In this document: positions 26,801-35,200 of the stretch, in pieces
How positions within the stretch are numbered: the stretch's first letter is position 1
How the letters are laid out: each line of letters starts with the position of its first letter
Virus record (IMG/VR): IMGVR_UViG_3300032087_006369
Coordinates: 1 to 35,811 of that record
DNA from: a virus
Taxonomy: Duplodnaviria; Caudoviricetes
DNA: 35,811 nt
Strand: one strand, 5' to 3'
Position numbers and translations under genes: made by a program
The notes under the pieces: generated by a model
The model's input: only the letters and a program-made list of their open reading frames with translations
What the model was told of the DNA's origin: nothing
The model's database searches: none

Positions 26801-27184
26801 TATTATACAGCAGAATCTGTAGTTTTAAATAGAAATGTAAGAAGTACGGTATATGGAATATGGCAAGATCTATACAAAGCTAAATTCGAAAAAACTGCAA
26901 TGCATCCATGGGTGTTGGCATTATATGGACACGGAGGGGACAGCACTGGGTGGGCAGAAGTAGAGGGTGGTAGTAAAAAACATGCTTTAACTATATATGA
27001 AAGTAACGGATTTGTGCTAAGAGGAGAAAAAATACAAGTTATGCTGCATGAATGTCCGCCTTTGTTTTGTAGACAACTAGAAGCGAATAATGGAATGGCA
27101 ATAAGTAATGATGTATCTAATACATCTTGGGGTAGGTCAATGCATCCAGTAAATAGATATAGAATATATTTAGTAGCTAAATAA
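23897..27184 (+). CDS. Large hypothetical protein, probably virion-associated (1095 aa)
   Basis: Long ORF at the end of the tail operon; rich in Trp/Tyr/Cys/Pro with a Ser/Thr-rich beta segment; no family recognised. Confidence 0.6.
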   Translation: MPFDDIYCKIYGNSDFKQSGEYQVSSYVFARFGKTKTADSHSDFTFLGDRRWAIAPRYWVSAMDMQYPFFIYDVDHPKFTDGEPVAPMRTTSVVYGWPGVKGTYRDGTYGSQETVDSMKIGNVSTMVQNAYKSKYSGITNNEILFECQNRESCHHFTNMPYIKNVDHPFVGVHKEQPLEITADGNYYRGFYIVLERERFHYDEARIALWPDNQFNDPTGLYPPCKSMSVAGDFFPDGQTTFYKTKLFEFNVGGTFALRYMVGIADRAICNHSTGIGCGETPTGEKVDLQTFACNASRHGYKETNPDSDDFGALCYFKRNSLKEHIRLCAVDSSFTGTNREKALADGFSTKIPLNGLNSDDVRQRLYASFDWGTDYVSNWATIWANATKYHFTDLLKSWTWTKTAKGTSYSPKSLAGITQAMEDEMFWIYYRTFGGHDFWYNVVDSAPFYWDFAFCNGLGINKGPGPGPIRYEYARGHKNFPGFAEIDVKDAVIHPDYSVRKQIETGNVWIKNITIKKGNTVLEAKNDVRGQYQEIANSEIWNGKGSTNITATSSGTGNRTITFSNLYKSKSNIISRYIATDFKIKFGSETTEYSITSVSSSNNTITLSTARPTAITNSSFTLLIPRGARTSGYTWGQYKLTTFDQDSFTNTNSDWLSVQYRAPGFGNNSHRDLFPNVEIANYSAWPTASGDVQNKNFYSLSNNYRTFAPANFGQTGKPVRHPYFANELGEALYLDNDFHHIAVWERAYLRGSMPRHGFPSCRIPDKKNVTWNGEKWVEYWERIFSPRSSSPWTESSVQATLDKAGYTNLAWTTSTGDGNYNEQALDGTPINVYTPRFYMDGIDKASGAIWPNYRNILADIEDPDGVFPFDYDFPDRTDWTSKYTTAFNKVYGPINIPSIGRILDGPWCSFCSFKTDTNIEIWGTAEGQFFETNDPTKPFLYVWGSGVYEPTSAHAQWALQSISSITGTYYTAESVVLNRNVRSTVYGIWQDLYKAKFEKTAMHPWVLALYGHGGDSTGWAEVEGGSKKHALTIYESNGFVLRGEKIQVMLHECPPLFCRQLEANNGMAISNDVSNTSWGRSMHPVNRYRIYLVAK

Positions 27185-27200
27185 AAAGTAATTTAGTATT

Positions 27201-27824
27201 TTATTTATAGATATACCAAAATCTACCAGATTCAAATATTTTAAAATTAAAATTTTGAGATATTCTTTTAAGTGCATTGGGTATACCAAATATTTCACGA
27301 TCATCACCAAAAATAACTCCCCCTTTATTTAAGATAGAATAATAATTTTTTATATCTTGATAAACATCATCTTCTAAATGAGAACCATCAATATATATTA
27401 GATCAGGATTTATTTTTTTATATTTCAAAATTTCAAATCCAATTACGCTTGTGTTGGGTATTGGTTGTATTAAATCTTGTACATTATTATGTACCACATT
27501 GCTTAAAAACTGATAATATACTTGAGGGAAGCCATGTAAACAATTAAGGTTGCGCTCAGGTGTATGAGAATGATATGTCCAAAACTCTTCGGCCCCCAAC
27601 CATGTATCAATACAATAAATCTTATTGCAATTTAAATTATTTTTTTTGCAAATATTTGCCATATTGATTGCTGATCCACCCAACCATGTTCCAACCTCAA
27701 CGATTAAGTTGGGATTTATTTCTAATAAAATTTTTTCAAAAAATGGATCGTTTGACCCCCAGCCCGAAAGTTTTTCAGGTAACGGTGTGAAATTTTTGTA
27801 TATGTCTTGATTGATTTTATTCAT
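27201..27824 (-). CDS. Class I SAM-dependent methyltransferase (Methyltransf_24-like)
   Basis: IVEVGTWLGGSA (motif I), CIDTW, DLIYIDGSH, L..GGVIFGDD. Confidence 0.88.
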   Translation of the reverse strand: MNKINQDIYKNFTPLPEKLSGWGSNDPFFEKILLEINPNLIVEVGTWLGGSAINMANICKKNNLNCNKIYCIDTWLGAEEFWTYHSHTPERNLNCLHGFPQVYYQFLSNVVHNNVQDLIQPIPNTSVIGFEILKYKKINPDLIYIDGSHLEDDVYQDIKNYYSILNKGGVIFGDDREIFGIPNALKRISQNFNFKIFESGRFWYIYK

Positions 27825-28816
27825 GTTAATTTATTAATAGCTTGTTTTATTGTAACCCACATGTCCATATATTTATATGTAGCAAGGCGTCCTAAGAAAA
27901 TTACATTTTTTTCCGATAGGATCGCATTCTTATATTTATTATAAATTCTTTGACCTTCTCCGAAATTTTTTGGGTATATGGGTTCATTAGTTTCATTATG
28001 TTCCTCTGGGTAGTCCCGCGTTAAAATTGTATAATCTTCTTGCTGGTTTAAGAAAACACTGTTGTCAACTGTCCTGTTGTATTTTATAGTTTTATCTTCG
28101 CATTCATTGATTTGAGCACCAGAATCAAAAGAAAATAAATCAGTTCTTTTAGTTTTGAAGTGTTTAAATTTAAGAGATCTATAGGGTAATTTTCCGAATT
28201 TTAAATCAAAGAATTCATCTGGTTTGCCAGTATATATCATTTTATCACATTTTAATTTTTTGTACTCATTTTTTGCTACGCCCAAATTAACTTTAATACC
28301 ATCTAGCATATTACTCATCATGTTTGTATAACCTTTTTTAGGTATGCCTTGATACTTATCAAGCGAGTATCTATCGTCAAATGATTCTCTGCGAGTTGGA
28401 ACTCTTGATGAAATTGATTTTGGGAGTTTTTCCCAAGTAATACCCCAGTGTCTCTCGGAATAATTTCTAAAAATTGAATCATGGATTTCTTTATCGGTAA
28501 GTTTTTTACCAATTTGCTGCTCTGTCAATTTACTATAAGGAATATTTATCATTCCGTATTTTGTATTAGCTCTGACTCTTAAATTATGATTGTTAAATTT
28601 TGTATATCTATTTAAAAAATTCCATACTTGATCATCGTTTGTATGAAAACAATGCAAGCCATACTTGTGAACTTTGATGCCTTCTATATCTTCATCGTAA
28701 CAGTTTCCCCCAATATGACTACGAACATCAAATATTTCAACATCATGGCCTTGACTTTTTAAAATATTTGCAGATGTTATGCCAGATAACCCGCAACCTA
28801 TTATATTAATTTTCAT
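27821..28816 (-). CDS. glf: UDP-galactopyranose mutase
   Basis: IIGCGLSG FAD-binding motif, HIGGNCYD, VHKYGLHCFHT, YQGIP..GYT, LPYRSL, EPIYP, LGRLATYKYMDM. Confidence 0.93.
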   Translation of the reverse strand: MKINIIGCGLSGITSANILKSQGHDVEIFDVRSHIGGNCYDEDIEGIKVHKYGLHCFHTNDDQVWNFLNRYTKFNNHNLRVRANTKYGMINIPYSKLTEQQIGKKLTDKEIHDSIFRNYSERHWGITWEKLPKSISSRVPTRRESFDDRYSLDKYQGIPKKGYTNMMSNMLDGIKVNLGVAKNEYKKLKCDKMIYTGKPDEFFDLKFGKLPYRSLKFKHFKTKRTDLFSFDSGAQINECEDKTIKYNRTVDNSVFLNQQEDYTILTRDYPEEHNETNEPIYPKNFGEGQRIYNKYKNAILSEKNVIFLGRLATYKYMDMWVTIKQAINKLT

Positions 28817-29591
28817 TTAATTTTTTGATGTCATCAATTAATGTTTCATATTTGGAATAAGTTCTTATCTTGCAATTTGAGAATTTATTATACCAAAGAT
28901 CAAAAGTGTTATGTTGTACTTCCCCTCCTTTGATTGCATAAATGTAATTAAATCCACCAGTAAAACTTGATAGTATACTGCCACCACCTTGAACCGATAT
29001 TTTGCCTATGGATTTAGATCCTAAGATTAATTGCAGTTCGTTAAATGAATAATTTTCTTGCAATTCATTTATATCAATTACATTAGGAAAATTTCTAGAA
29101 ATCAAATCATAATCTCCTAAGTCGTGCAAAATGCTATTATCTTTGGGAATTTTATCTCCCCTGGGTCTATTATAGATTAAACAGAAATGAGGGCTTAATA
29201 TTTTAAAAATCTCAGAAAGAGTATTTAAATCAAGAAAATTGACTGGCCTTGAACCCCATTCAGTATTGTACTTGTTGTTGACTATTAATATATCTTTTTC
29301 AAAAAAAAGATTTAATTTTTTATTTTTAAAGTGAGATTTATAGTCTGGAAAAATTTCATTTTTAAGAGTTGGGGCATGTATATGTCCATAGAAATTATTA
29401 GTTTTCTCTGTTCTTTTTGTGTACTTTTCTATAACACAATCTTCTGGCAAAAAGAAATAGAAGCATCGCATGCCTTGGCTTGTTATTACTGTAACTTTAT
29501 CATTATTTAAGTAGTGCTTGTATACAAATGGAACAATCAAAATTAGTTCGTACCCAAATTCAGGAGCATAAGTATCTACAATTACTTCCAT
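28806..29591 (-). CDS. Hypothetical protein, probable glycosyltransferase-like enzyme
   Basis: Lies within the glycan cluster; EFGYEL N-terminus, NKYNTEW and NELQL...ISVQGGGSILSS loosely resemble a GT-B C-terminal region. Confidence 0.45.
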   Translation of the reverse strand: MEVIVDTYAPEFGYELILIVPFVYKHYLNNDKVTVITSQGMRCFYFFLPEDCVIEKYTKRTEKTNNFYGHIHAPTLKNEIFPDYKSHFKNKKLNLFFEKDILIVNNKYNTEWGSRPVNFLDLNTLSEIFKILSPHFCLIYNRPRGDKIPKDNSILHDLGDYDLISRNFPNVIDINELQENYSFNELQLILGSKSIGKISVQGGGSILSSFTGGFNYIYAIKGGEVQHNTFDLWYNKFSNCKIRTYSKYETLIDDIKKLNEN

Positions 29592-29610
29592 TTAAATTGA
29601 TTATTATTTT

Positions 29611-31233
29611 TTATTTATTATAAAATATTGCCTTGAGAGTATTACCAAAGCTTGACGAACTGTGAACATTTCTTTGGTACCAATCGTAACAGTTCTTAGA
29701 CATAACACTCCAATCGTTTTTGTTTATAGATTTTACTTTTTCAGATAATTCATCTTCAGAGTTTGCACTAATATAATGTTTATTTTCAATTAAAGGTTCA
29801 ATATAAGAATTAACATTAACTTCTTTTGTTACAATAGGAACTGTTCCAAATGCCATTAATTCTACTTCCCTGTGGCACTTACTACCATAACCACGCAAAC
29901 AAAGGCCATATCTTGAGCTGCGTAATTTCATTAGGTACTCTTCTTGGGTGAATTTGTGTTCATGGCCAGATGTGCAATAATATTCTGTAAGGACTGAGCT
30001 CCAATTAGGCCCAGCATTTCTGTATTTCGATTGCACACTGTTTTCATAATTTCCTATAAATATACTTTCTATTTCCCTATCTTCATAAGATAAAATTCCT
30101 TTTTCTCTGAGTATATTTTCTAATACCTTGGGCCTTCTGGGCCAAAAAATCCAAGGAGCAACATTCAGGCTATTACCTTTTAACGTTTCTCCTTCTTTAT
30201 TAATATCTCCATTTCCTAATAATATTAAACTTGAATTTGATAATTCACCATTAAACCATTCTTCGGTTGGTCTATCATATAGCAATATATGATTTCCTAT
30301 CCAGCAGTGACCGTTTATTGATGGCTCAATATCAACGCCATAATTATTGTCTTTGTATAAAAGAGCTAATTCCCTGAAGCTGTCATTTTTGTGGTTCCAT
30401 ATACCTTGTTGTGGTTGACTTGGAATTTTTATATTCCATTTTTTATTAATAATTCTATCGATTATCAGTAACTCTTTATAGCGTTGTAATTCAATAAGTA
30501 AGTTAAGAAAAATTTCGTTTACTCGAAAGAATCTAGGATCTTCAAAATGTGTATGCAAAAATATCAAAGGTTTATTATTTATTGTAATTTGATTTTCATG
30601 TATACTTATGGAGCTCGCTGTCTCGCGTGGATTTTCGGATAATAGTATTCTCCAGGGCATGAAGTTTATTTCTTTGCCGAATTCTGAATAGCTATATTTT
30701 TTTGCCAAGTCTTCAATGGAAGCTTGGTCATGATACCTTGAGTTTTTTGTGAATTCTATCCAATCATTTGAAATGTTTTTATTTTTTGTCCATAAACATC
30801 CGCCATTGTAATAACCAACTTCATCTGTATTTATCTTTTTAATATAATGTGGAGATAATCCCAGTTCTTTTGTTTTGTCTATTGATGTAATAGGATTTAG
30901 GAATAATATATCGCTATCCAAAAACATTGTATCTTCTTCATTTTCTAAAGCGTATTTTATTACGTTGGCTTTTTGCATTTGAAATTCATCCCATATTTTT
31001 TCTTTGACCATGGTGGCTCTATTTTTGCCACTATATTTATCCAATGTGGTCTTTAAAAATAACTGCAATTGAATTTTTGGAATAAAATTATTGAGCAAAT
31101 CATGAGTTTCAGTATCTATTAGACCATATACTTTTGAATTATTATGATGTATAGATAAGCTCAACAGCATTCCAATTAATTCGTTGCTGCAATTATATGT
31201 AGATATGAAACAAAAACTATTAGGTGTGGACAT
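29611..31233 (-). CDS. Two-domain glycosyltransferase (N-terminal GT-A NDP-sugar transferase plus C-terminal exostosin/GT47-like domain)
   Basis: N-terminal FLDSDI (DxD), YNGG and DQA; C-terminal EYLMKLRSSRYGLCLRGYGSKCHREVELMAFGTVPIV. Confidence 0.7.
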   Translation of the reverse strand: MSTPNSFCFISTYNCSNELIGMLLSLSIHHNNSKVYGLIDTETHDLLNNFIPKIQLQLFLKTTLDKYSGKNRATMVKEKIWDEFQMQKANVIKYALENEEDTMFLDSDILFLNPITSIDKTKELGLSPHYIKKINTDEVGYYNGGCLWTKNKNISNDWIEFTKNSRYHDQASIEDLAKKYSYSEFGKEINFMPWRILLSENPRETASSISIHENQITINNKPLIFLHTHFEDPRFFRVNEIFLNLLIELQRYKELLIIDRIINKKWNIKIPSQPQQGIWNHKNDSFRELALLYKDNNYGVDIEPSINGHCWIGNHILLYDRPTEEWFNGELSNSSLILLGNGDINKEGETLKGNSLNVAPWIFWPRRPKVLENILREKGILSYEDREIESIFIGNYENSVQSKYRNAGPNWSSVLTEYYCTSGHEHKFTQEEYLMKLRSSRYGLCLRGYGSKCHREVELMAFGTVPIVTKEVNVNSYIEPLIENKHYISANSEDELSEKVKSINKNDWSVMSKNCYDWYQRNVHSSSSFGNTLKAIFYNK

Positions 31234-31260
31234 GATTAAGATATTTTATATTATTTAAGT

Positions 31261-31974
31261 TTAAATGTATTCTAAATTGCACTTGTATCTATACAAGCTT
31301 GTTTCATTTTCCGCAAAATGAGATACTAAAATAGTATTACCCAACAATGAAGCGGTAGCCGCAAATGAAGAAAATTTTGGAACCATTATTATTTTTTTAC
31401 TATTGACTAATGAAAAATAGTCTTTGTAAACTGGGTTATTTATTAAGTTTGAAAAAGGATCAATAATTTTAAAATTTTTATTTAAATTGCTTATTAAGTA
31501 GTTTTTATATTTATCATCATCTGAGGCTATAAAGATATATTGTTCCGTTTTAATGTCATTCAAATAAGCAAGCGTTTTATTCAAGTTCTTAATTAAAAGA
31601 TCGTAACTAAATTCGTCTTTGCATCTGTTGTTTAGTTTGTCTGTACTTCTTATATGTATTGAAATATATGAAATATCTGTGCTGATATTCTTAATATACT
31701 GAATATTTTTAGAGGCATTAATCATTTCCTGACTATCGTATTTATGAAATTTACATATTGGGTCTTTATCTTGATTGTCGTGAGGAGTTTCATTCTGAAT
31801 CTTTATATTCTTGCAAACCAGTAAGGCATCGTAACTCCTGAAGTTGTATTTATTATTCCAATAGTAATTACAGGATATATTATGCTTCATACAGTAGCAC
31901 TCAAGGTTTATTAATTCCTCTATCCTATTACCTAAGCCATCTGGCCTTCCGTTGAAATTTATTACTTGTTTCAC
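31261..31974 (-). CDS. Fucosyltransferase-like glycosyltransferase (GT11/GT23/O-FucT-type)
   Basis: DGLGNRI, ISIHIRSTDK, IFIASDD and D...L.....II....SSF correspond to the conserved motifs of alpha-1,2/alpha-1,6/O-fucosyltransferases. Confidence 0.72.
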   Translation of the reverse strand: MKQVINFNGRPDGLGNRIEELINLECYCMKHNISCNYYWNNKYNFRSYDALLVCKNIKIQNETPHDNQDKDPICKFHKYDSQEMINASKNIQYIKNISTDISYISIHIRSTDKLNNRCKDEFSYDLLIKNLNKTLAYLNDIKTEQYIFIASDDDKYKNYLISNLNKNFKIIDPFSNLINNPVYKDYFSLVNSKKIIMVPKFSSFAATASLLGNTILVSHFAENETSLYRYKCNLEYI

Positions 31975-32663
31975 CCTTTTTTTTCAAAAGTTATGTTGAG
32001 GTTTTTGTTTATCAATATTTCGTAATTATTTTTTTGCAATCTGCTAACTATTTTTTTTGTTAATTCATTTGGATCTTTGTTTTTTAATAGCAAGTCAAAT
32101 TCAACACATAAATATTTTGGATATATTTTATCGTCCAACATCTGTTCCAGTACATCAACTTCCGAACCTTCGATATCTAGTTTTAGTAAATCTATTCTAT
32201 TGTGATTATGATAGGACATAATATTTTTAAGTGAGTCCACTTCAACTTCATCATAATCCTTTCCGAACATATTGTCAACCAGTGATTGGGAAATGTATTT
32301 TGGATTAGATTGCTTATAAAATTTTAAAAAAGATTTTTCTTTATATAAACCTTTATTAATATATGAGAATTTATTTAAATCAGGATTAAGGTTGCATATA
32401 TTTTTAAAATAGTCTGACTGTATATCTCCAGAAAATTTAAATTTTTTTTGGGAATAGTAATCCTGCACTTCTTTAAAGTGCGCAAATGCTCGTTTAGTAG
32501 GATCTATTAAGATGATACTGCATTGATACTTTTCTTGCAATTGCAAATCAAAAGAAATATCTTCGCCTACTCCAGCAGAATAAACAATACTATTAGAATC
32601 TAGTTTGACATCAAGCGGGATAGACCAACCTCCATAATCCGTGCCGAGAAATTGCATTTTCAA
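31971..32663 (-). CDS. FkbM-family methyltransferase
   Basis: GTDYGGW, VYSAGVGEDISFD, IDPT, IDLLKLDIEGSE..VL, LCVEF. Confidence 0.9.
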   Translation of the reverse strand: MKMQFLGTDYGGWSIPLDVKLDSNSIVYSAGVGEDISFDLQLQEKYQCSIILIDPTKRAFAHFKEVQDYYSQKKFKFSGDIQSDYFKNICNLNPDLNKFSYINKGLYKEKSFLKFYKQSNPKYISQSLVDNMFGKDYDEVEVDSLKNIMSYHNHNRIDLLKLDIEGSEVDVLEQMLDDKIYPKYLCVEFDLLLKNKDPNELTKKIVSRLQKNNYEILINKNLNITFEKKG

Positions 32664-33346
32664 TGAGAGTATTTGTTTTGTATTTCTACATCTTCCTGTT
32701 GTGCTATCTGTATTTTTTCTTTTGAAACAGAATCTGGTCTATCAAGAAAGCAACCTACTATTTCAGGTATTTTTTTAAACTTGTAATTGTTTTTTGATAA
32801 TTTTAACCACATTTCGTAATCTCCGCTTGATACATATTTTTCACTAAAATATCCAACGTCTTTAATTGCAGATTTTTTTACAAGAGGAAAAGGTCCGCAT
32901 ATACACCTAGTGAGTAAGATTTCGTGACTATAGTTTGGCCAAATTAATATATTTGATGGTGATTCAAAACCTTGATTTTTTGATGTAAAACATGGACCGT
33001 AAAATAAATCTATATCTGGATATTTACGAGCATAATCTTCGTAAGTTTTAATGGCGGAAGGGAACAAGGAGTCATCGGTATTCCAGTTTACAATATATTT
33101 TCCAGTTGAATTTTTAATTGCTAAATTCCATGCCTCATATATTGTAAGATTTTTATCTTGGGGTATTATTTTTACTTTGATTTTTTCTTTAAATTTAAAA
33201 TTACTTATAATTTCTAATGATCTGTCTTGAGAGTTTGCGTCAACAAAAACAACCTCAAAGGATTCAGAGAACTGAGAGTTTATCATATCTAAATAAAGAT
33301 CTAGATATTTTTCTGAGTTATAGACTGAACTAATGACTGATATCAT
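32660..33346 (-). CDS. Glycosyltransferase family 2
   Basis: ISVISSVYNSEKYL, EVVFVDANSQD.S, AWNLAIKNSTGKYI..WNTDD, GDYEMWLKL. Confidence 0.92.
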   Translation of the reverse strand: MISVISSVYNSEKYLDLYLDMINSQFSESFEVVFVDANSQDRSLEIISNFKFKEKIKVKIIPQDKNLTIYEAWNLAIKNSTGKYIVNWNTDDSLFPSAIKTYEDYARKYPDIDLFYGPCFTSKNQGFESPSNILIWPNYSHEILLTRCICGPFPLVKKSAIKDVGYFSEKYVSSGDYEMWLKLSKNNYKFKKIPEIVGCFLDRPDSVSKEKIQIAQQEDVEIQNKYSH

Positions 33347-34200
33347 AATTTATTTTCTATCTTTTTCCAGAAATTAGATGTTGCTAAAGAACATTCTGTT
33401 GAAAAATGATTTAATCCATTTTTTTTATATTCGAGGTAAGATCCTATTTTTGACATATCACCATGAAAGTCATTTATTCCACACATTATTGACTCACCTA
33501 TCATCCTGCAGAAAGGTTCGTTGACCAAGGGGTGGTGGAAAACCCCGATGGAACTCTGGTATATACTTGCCATTTCTTTTTGTTTTACTTTTCCGTGGAA
33601 CCTTATATTGTTAATGTTTTTAAAATTTTGTTCTATACCGTTTTCAGACCACCCAAAAATGTCAAATTTTCTATCACTATTATTCTTCGCATATTCAACT
33701 AAATTATTAAAACCTTTTAATGGATGAAGGAAACCGCAATATACTATATCGTATATTTTATTCTTGCTTTTGTCAATCTTAAAAATAGATGAGTCTATAG
33801 GATCTGGCAAAAATTCTACATTATTAAAAATATTTCCATAAAATTCAATAAAAAAAGAAAGGTGAAATTCAGAGAGGAAAAAATTTATTTTAGATGAGCG
33901 AAAAAGCTCTTCTCTTGCTGATTCAGTCAGATAACTACATGAGTCATGTTCGAGTCTTACGTGAAAATCATGATTATTTATATAGTTTATTTTTTCTGGA
34001 GATACCTGATTAATCGCCTCAAGGTTGGAGCTTATAACCACATCAAAAGACTGTAAGAAGTCAACTGGCGAGCTATCGAAATTATGCAAAATTATCTCAT
34101 GCCCCATTTTCTCCCCCTCCTTAATAATTTCATCATTACTAACTTGGGCCCCTCCAGAATTATGTTTTAACCCGAAATCAGAAATGAATAAAACTTTCAC
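33343..34200 (-). CDS. Glycosyltransferase, GT4-like (GT-B fold); GTG start
   Basis: MKVLFISDF...GGAQ, Y.GFLHPLKG, F.GKV....M...YQ, EPFCRMIGES..CG (E-x7-E motif). Confidence 0.85.
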   Translation of the reverse strand: MKVLFISDFGLKHNSGGAQVSNDEIIKEGEKMGHEIILHNFDSSPVDFLQSFDVVISSNLEAINQVSPEKINYINNHDFHVRLEHDSCSYLTESAREELFRSSKINFFLSEFHLSFFIEFYGNIFNNVEFLPDPIDSSIFKIDKSKNKIYDIVYCGFLHPLKGFNNLVEYAKNNSDRKFDIFGWSENGIEQNFKNINNIRFHGKVKQKEMASIYQSSIGVFHHPLVNEPFCRMIGESIMCGINDFHGDMSKIGSYLEYKKNGLNHFSTECSLATSNFWKKIENKL

Positions 34201-34338
34201 TCAATATGATCTATTTTAATTTCAAAAATTCAATTTTTTTTTGAAAAAATTATTTTATATATTATATTATATATATATTATGGAAACATAATAATTTTTA
34301 TTAGTACTAATTATTATTTTCCTTTAAATAAAAAAAAC

Positions 34339-34367
34339 TTGATTTTATTGTATTTTTTTGTTAAGAT
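34339..34367 (+). promoter_or_regulatory. Sigma70-type promoter (-35 TTGATT, 17-nt spacer, extended -10 TGtTAAGAT)
   Basis: TTGATT 34339-34344, TAAGAT 34362-34367 preceded by TGn, an A-tract upstream, in the divergent intergenic region. Confidence 0.6.
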
Positions 34368-34374
34368 ATTGGCT

Positions 34375-34686
34375 ATGATAAGAAAATCAGATGAAAACAA
34401 AGATATATTTTTAGTATCAAGTGCAAATTGGGAAATTGTTTTAGACGCAGAGAATGAAAGCTTTGCAGTAAGCGAAGCTCTTTCGAGAGTTTACGAAACA
34501 TACAAGGATAAACTTTCTCTATCGACCACGATTTCTGTATTCAATGTATCAAAATCTTATAAAAAAATGATTGATATTGATAACATATCATTTTTCCATA
34601 CTCCTGCATCTTTAGCAGATGCAGGTTTTCATGACTTAGCTTCTAAATACTCAGAATTTTTTAAATCAATTAAAAATGAATCTTAA
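34375..34686 (+). CDS. Hypothetical protein (103 aa)
   Basis: ATG 34375 is in frame with the listed ORF, whose TTG start coincides with the -35 box; overlaps the dUTPase start. Confidence 0.65.
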   Translation: MIRKSDENKDIFLVSSANWEIVLDAENESFAVSEALSRVYETYKDKLSLSTTISVFNVSKSYKKMIDIDNISFFHTPASLADAGFHDLASKYSEFFKSIKNES

Positions 34687-35200
34687 CTTACATAAAAATA
34701 ATAGTGACAATCTTCACAAGCCTAAAAATGAAGGAGATGCAGGCTACGATTTAGTAGCTTTGTCTAATCCAAAAATAAAAGGCGATTTATTTTCTCAATA
34801 TTTATACAAAAGTATTTCATATATAGAATACGATACGGGTGTTAGTATATCACCAAACTGTTTGAGCGGAAAGGGGGACAGTTTCTTTTCTTTACTTTTC
34901 CCAAGGTCAAGTATTAGTAAATATAATTTATCCTTATGCAACTCAGTTGGAGTAATCGACTCTGGATACAGGGATACAATAAAAGTTAGATTTAAATATA
35001 TACCGCAGCCAGAAAACTATTACATTATCAATGAAGGCAAAAATTTATTACTTGGAATTGACGAATCTAAAATATACAAGAAGGGAGATAGGATTGCTCA
35101 AATCGTTTTCACAAAACATCTTCATCCAAAAATTTTCATAGTTGACGACTTGTCAGACTCTGATAGGGGAATTGGTGGTTTCGGAAGCACTGGATTATGA
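34676..35200 (+). CDS. dut: Trimeric dUTP diphosphatase
   Basis: All five motifs present: AGYDL, PRSS, GVIDSGYR, GDRIAQ, RGIGGFGSTG. Confidence 0.96.
   Translation: MNLNLHKNNSDNLHKPKNEGDAGYDLVALSNPKIKGDLFSQYLYKSISYIEYDTGVSISPNCLSGKGDSFFSLLFPRSSISKYNLSLCNSVGVIDSGYRDTIKVRFKYIPQPENYYIINEGKNLLLGIDESKIYKKGDRIAQIVFTKHLHPKIFIVDDLSDSDRGIGGFGSTGL

Noticed and set aside
29611-31233. Apparent excess of CGN Arg codons suggesting recent horizontal acquisition
   Set aside because: Only a handful of codons judged by eye; a proper codon-usage calculation is needed.
27625-34219. Small ORFs inside the glycan cluster (27625-27810, 28318-28512, 33521-33727, 34025-34219)
   Set aside because: Nested within clear enzyme genes with no independent support.
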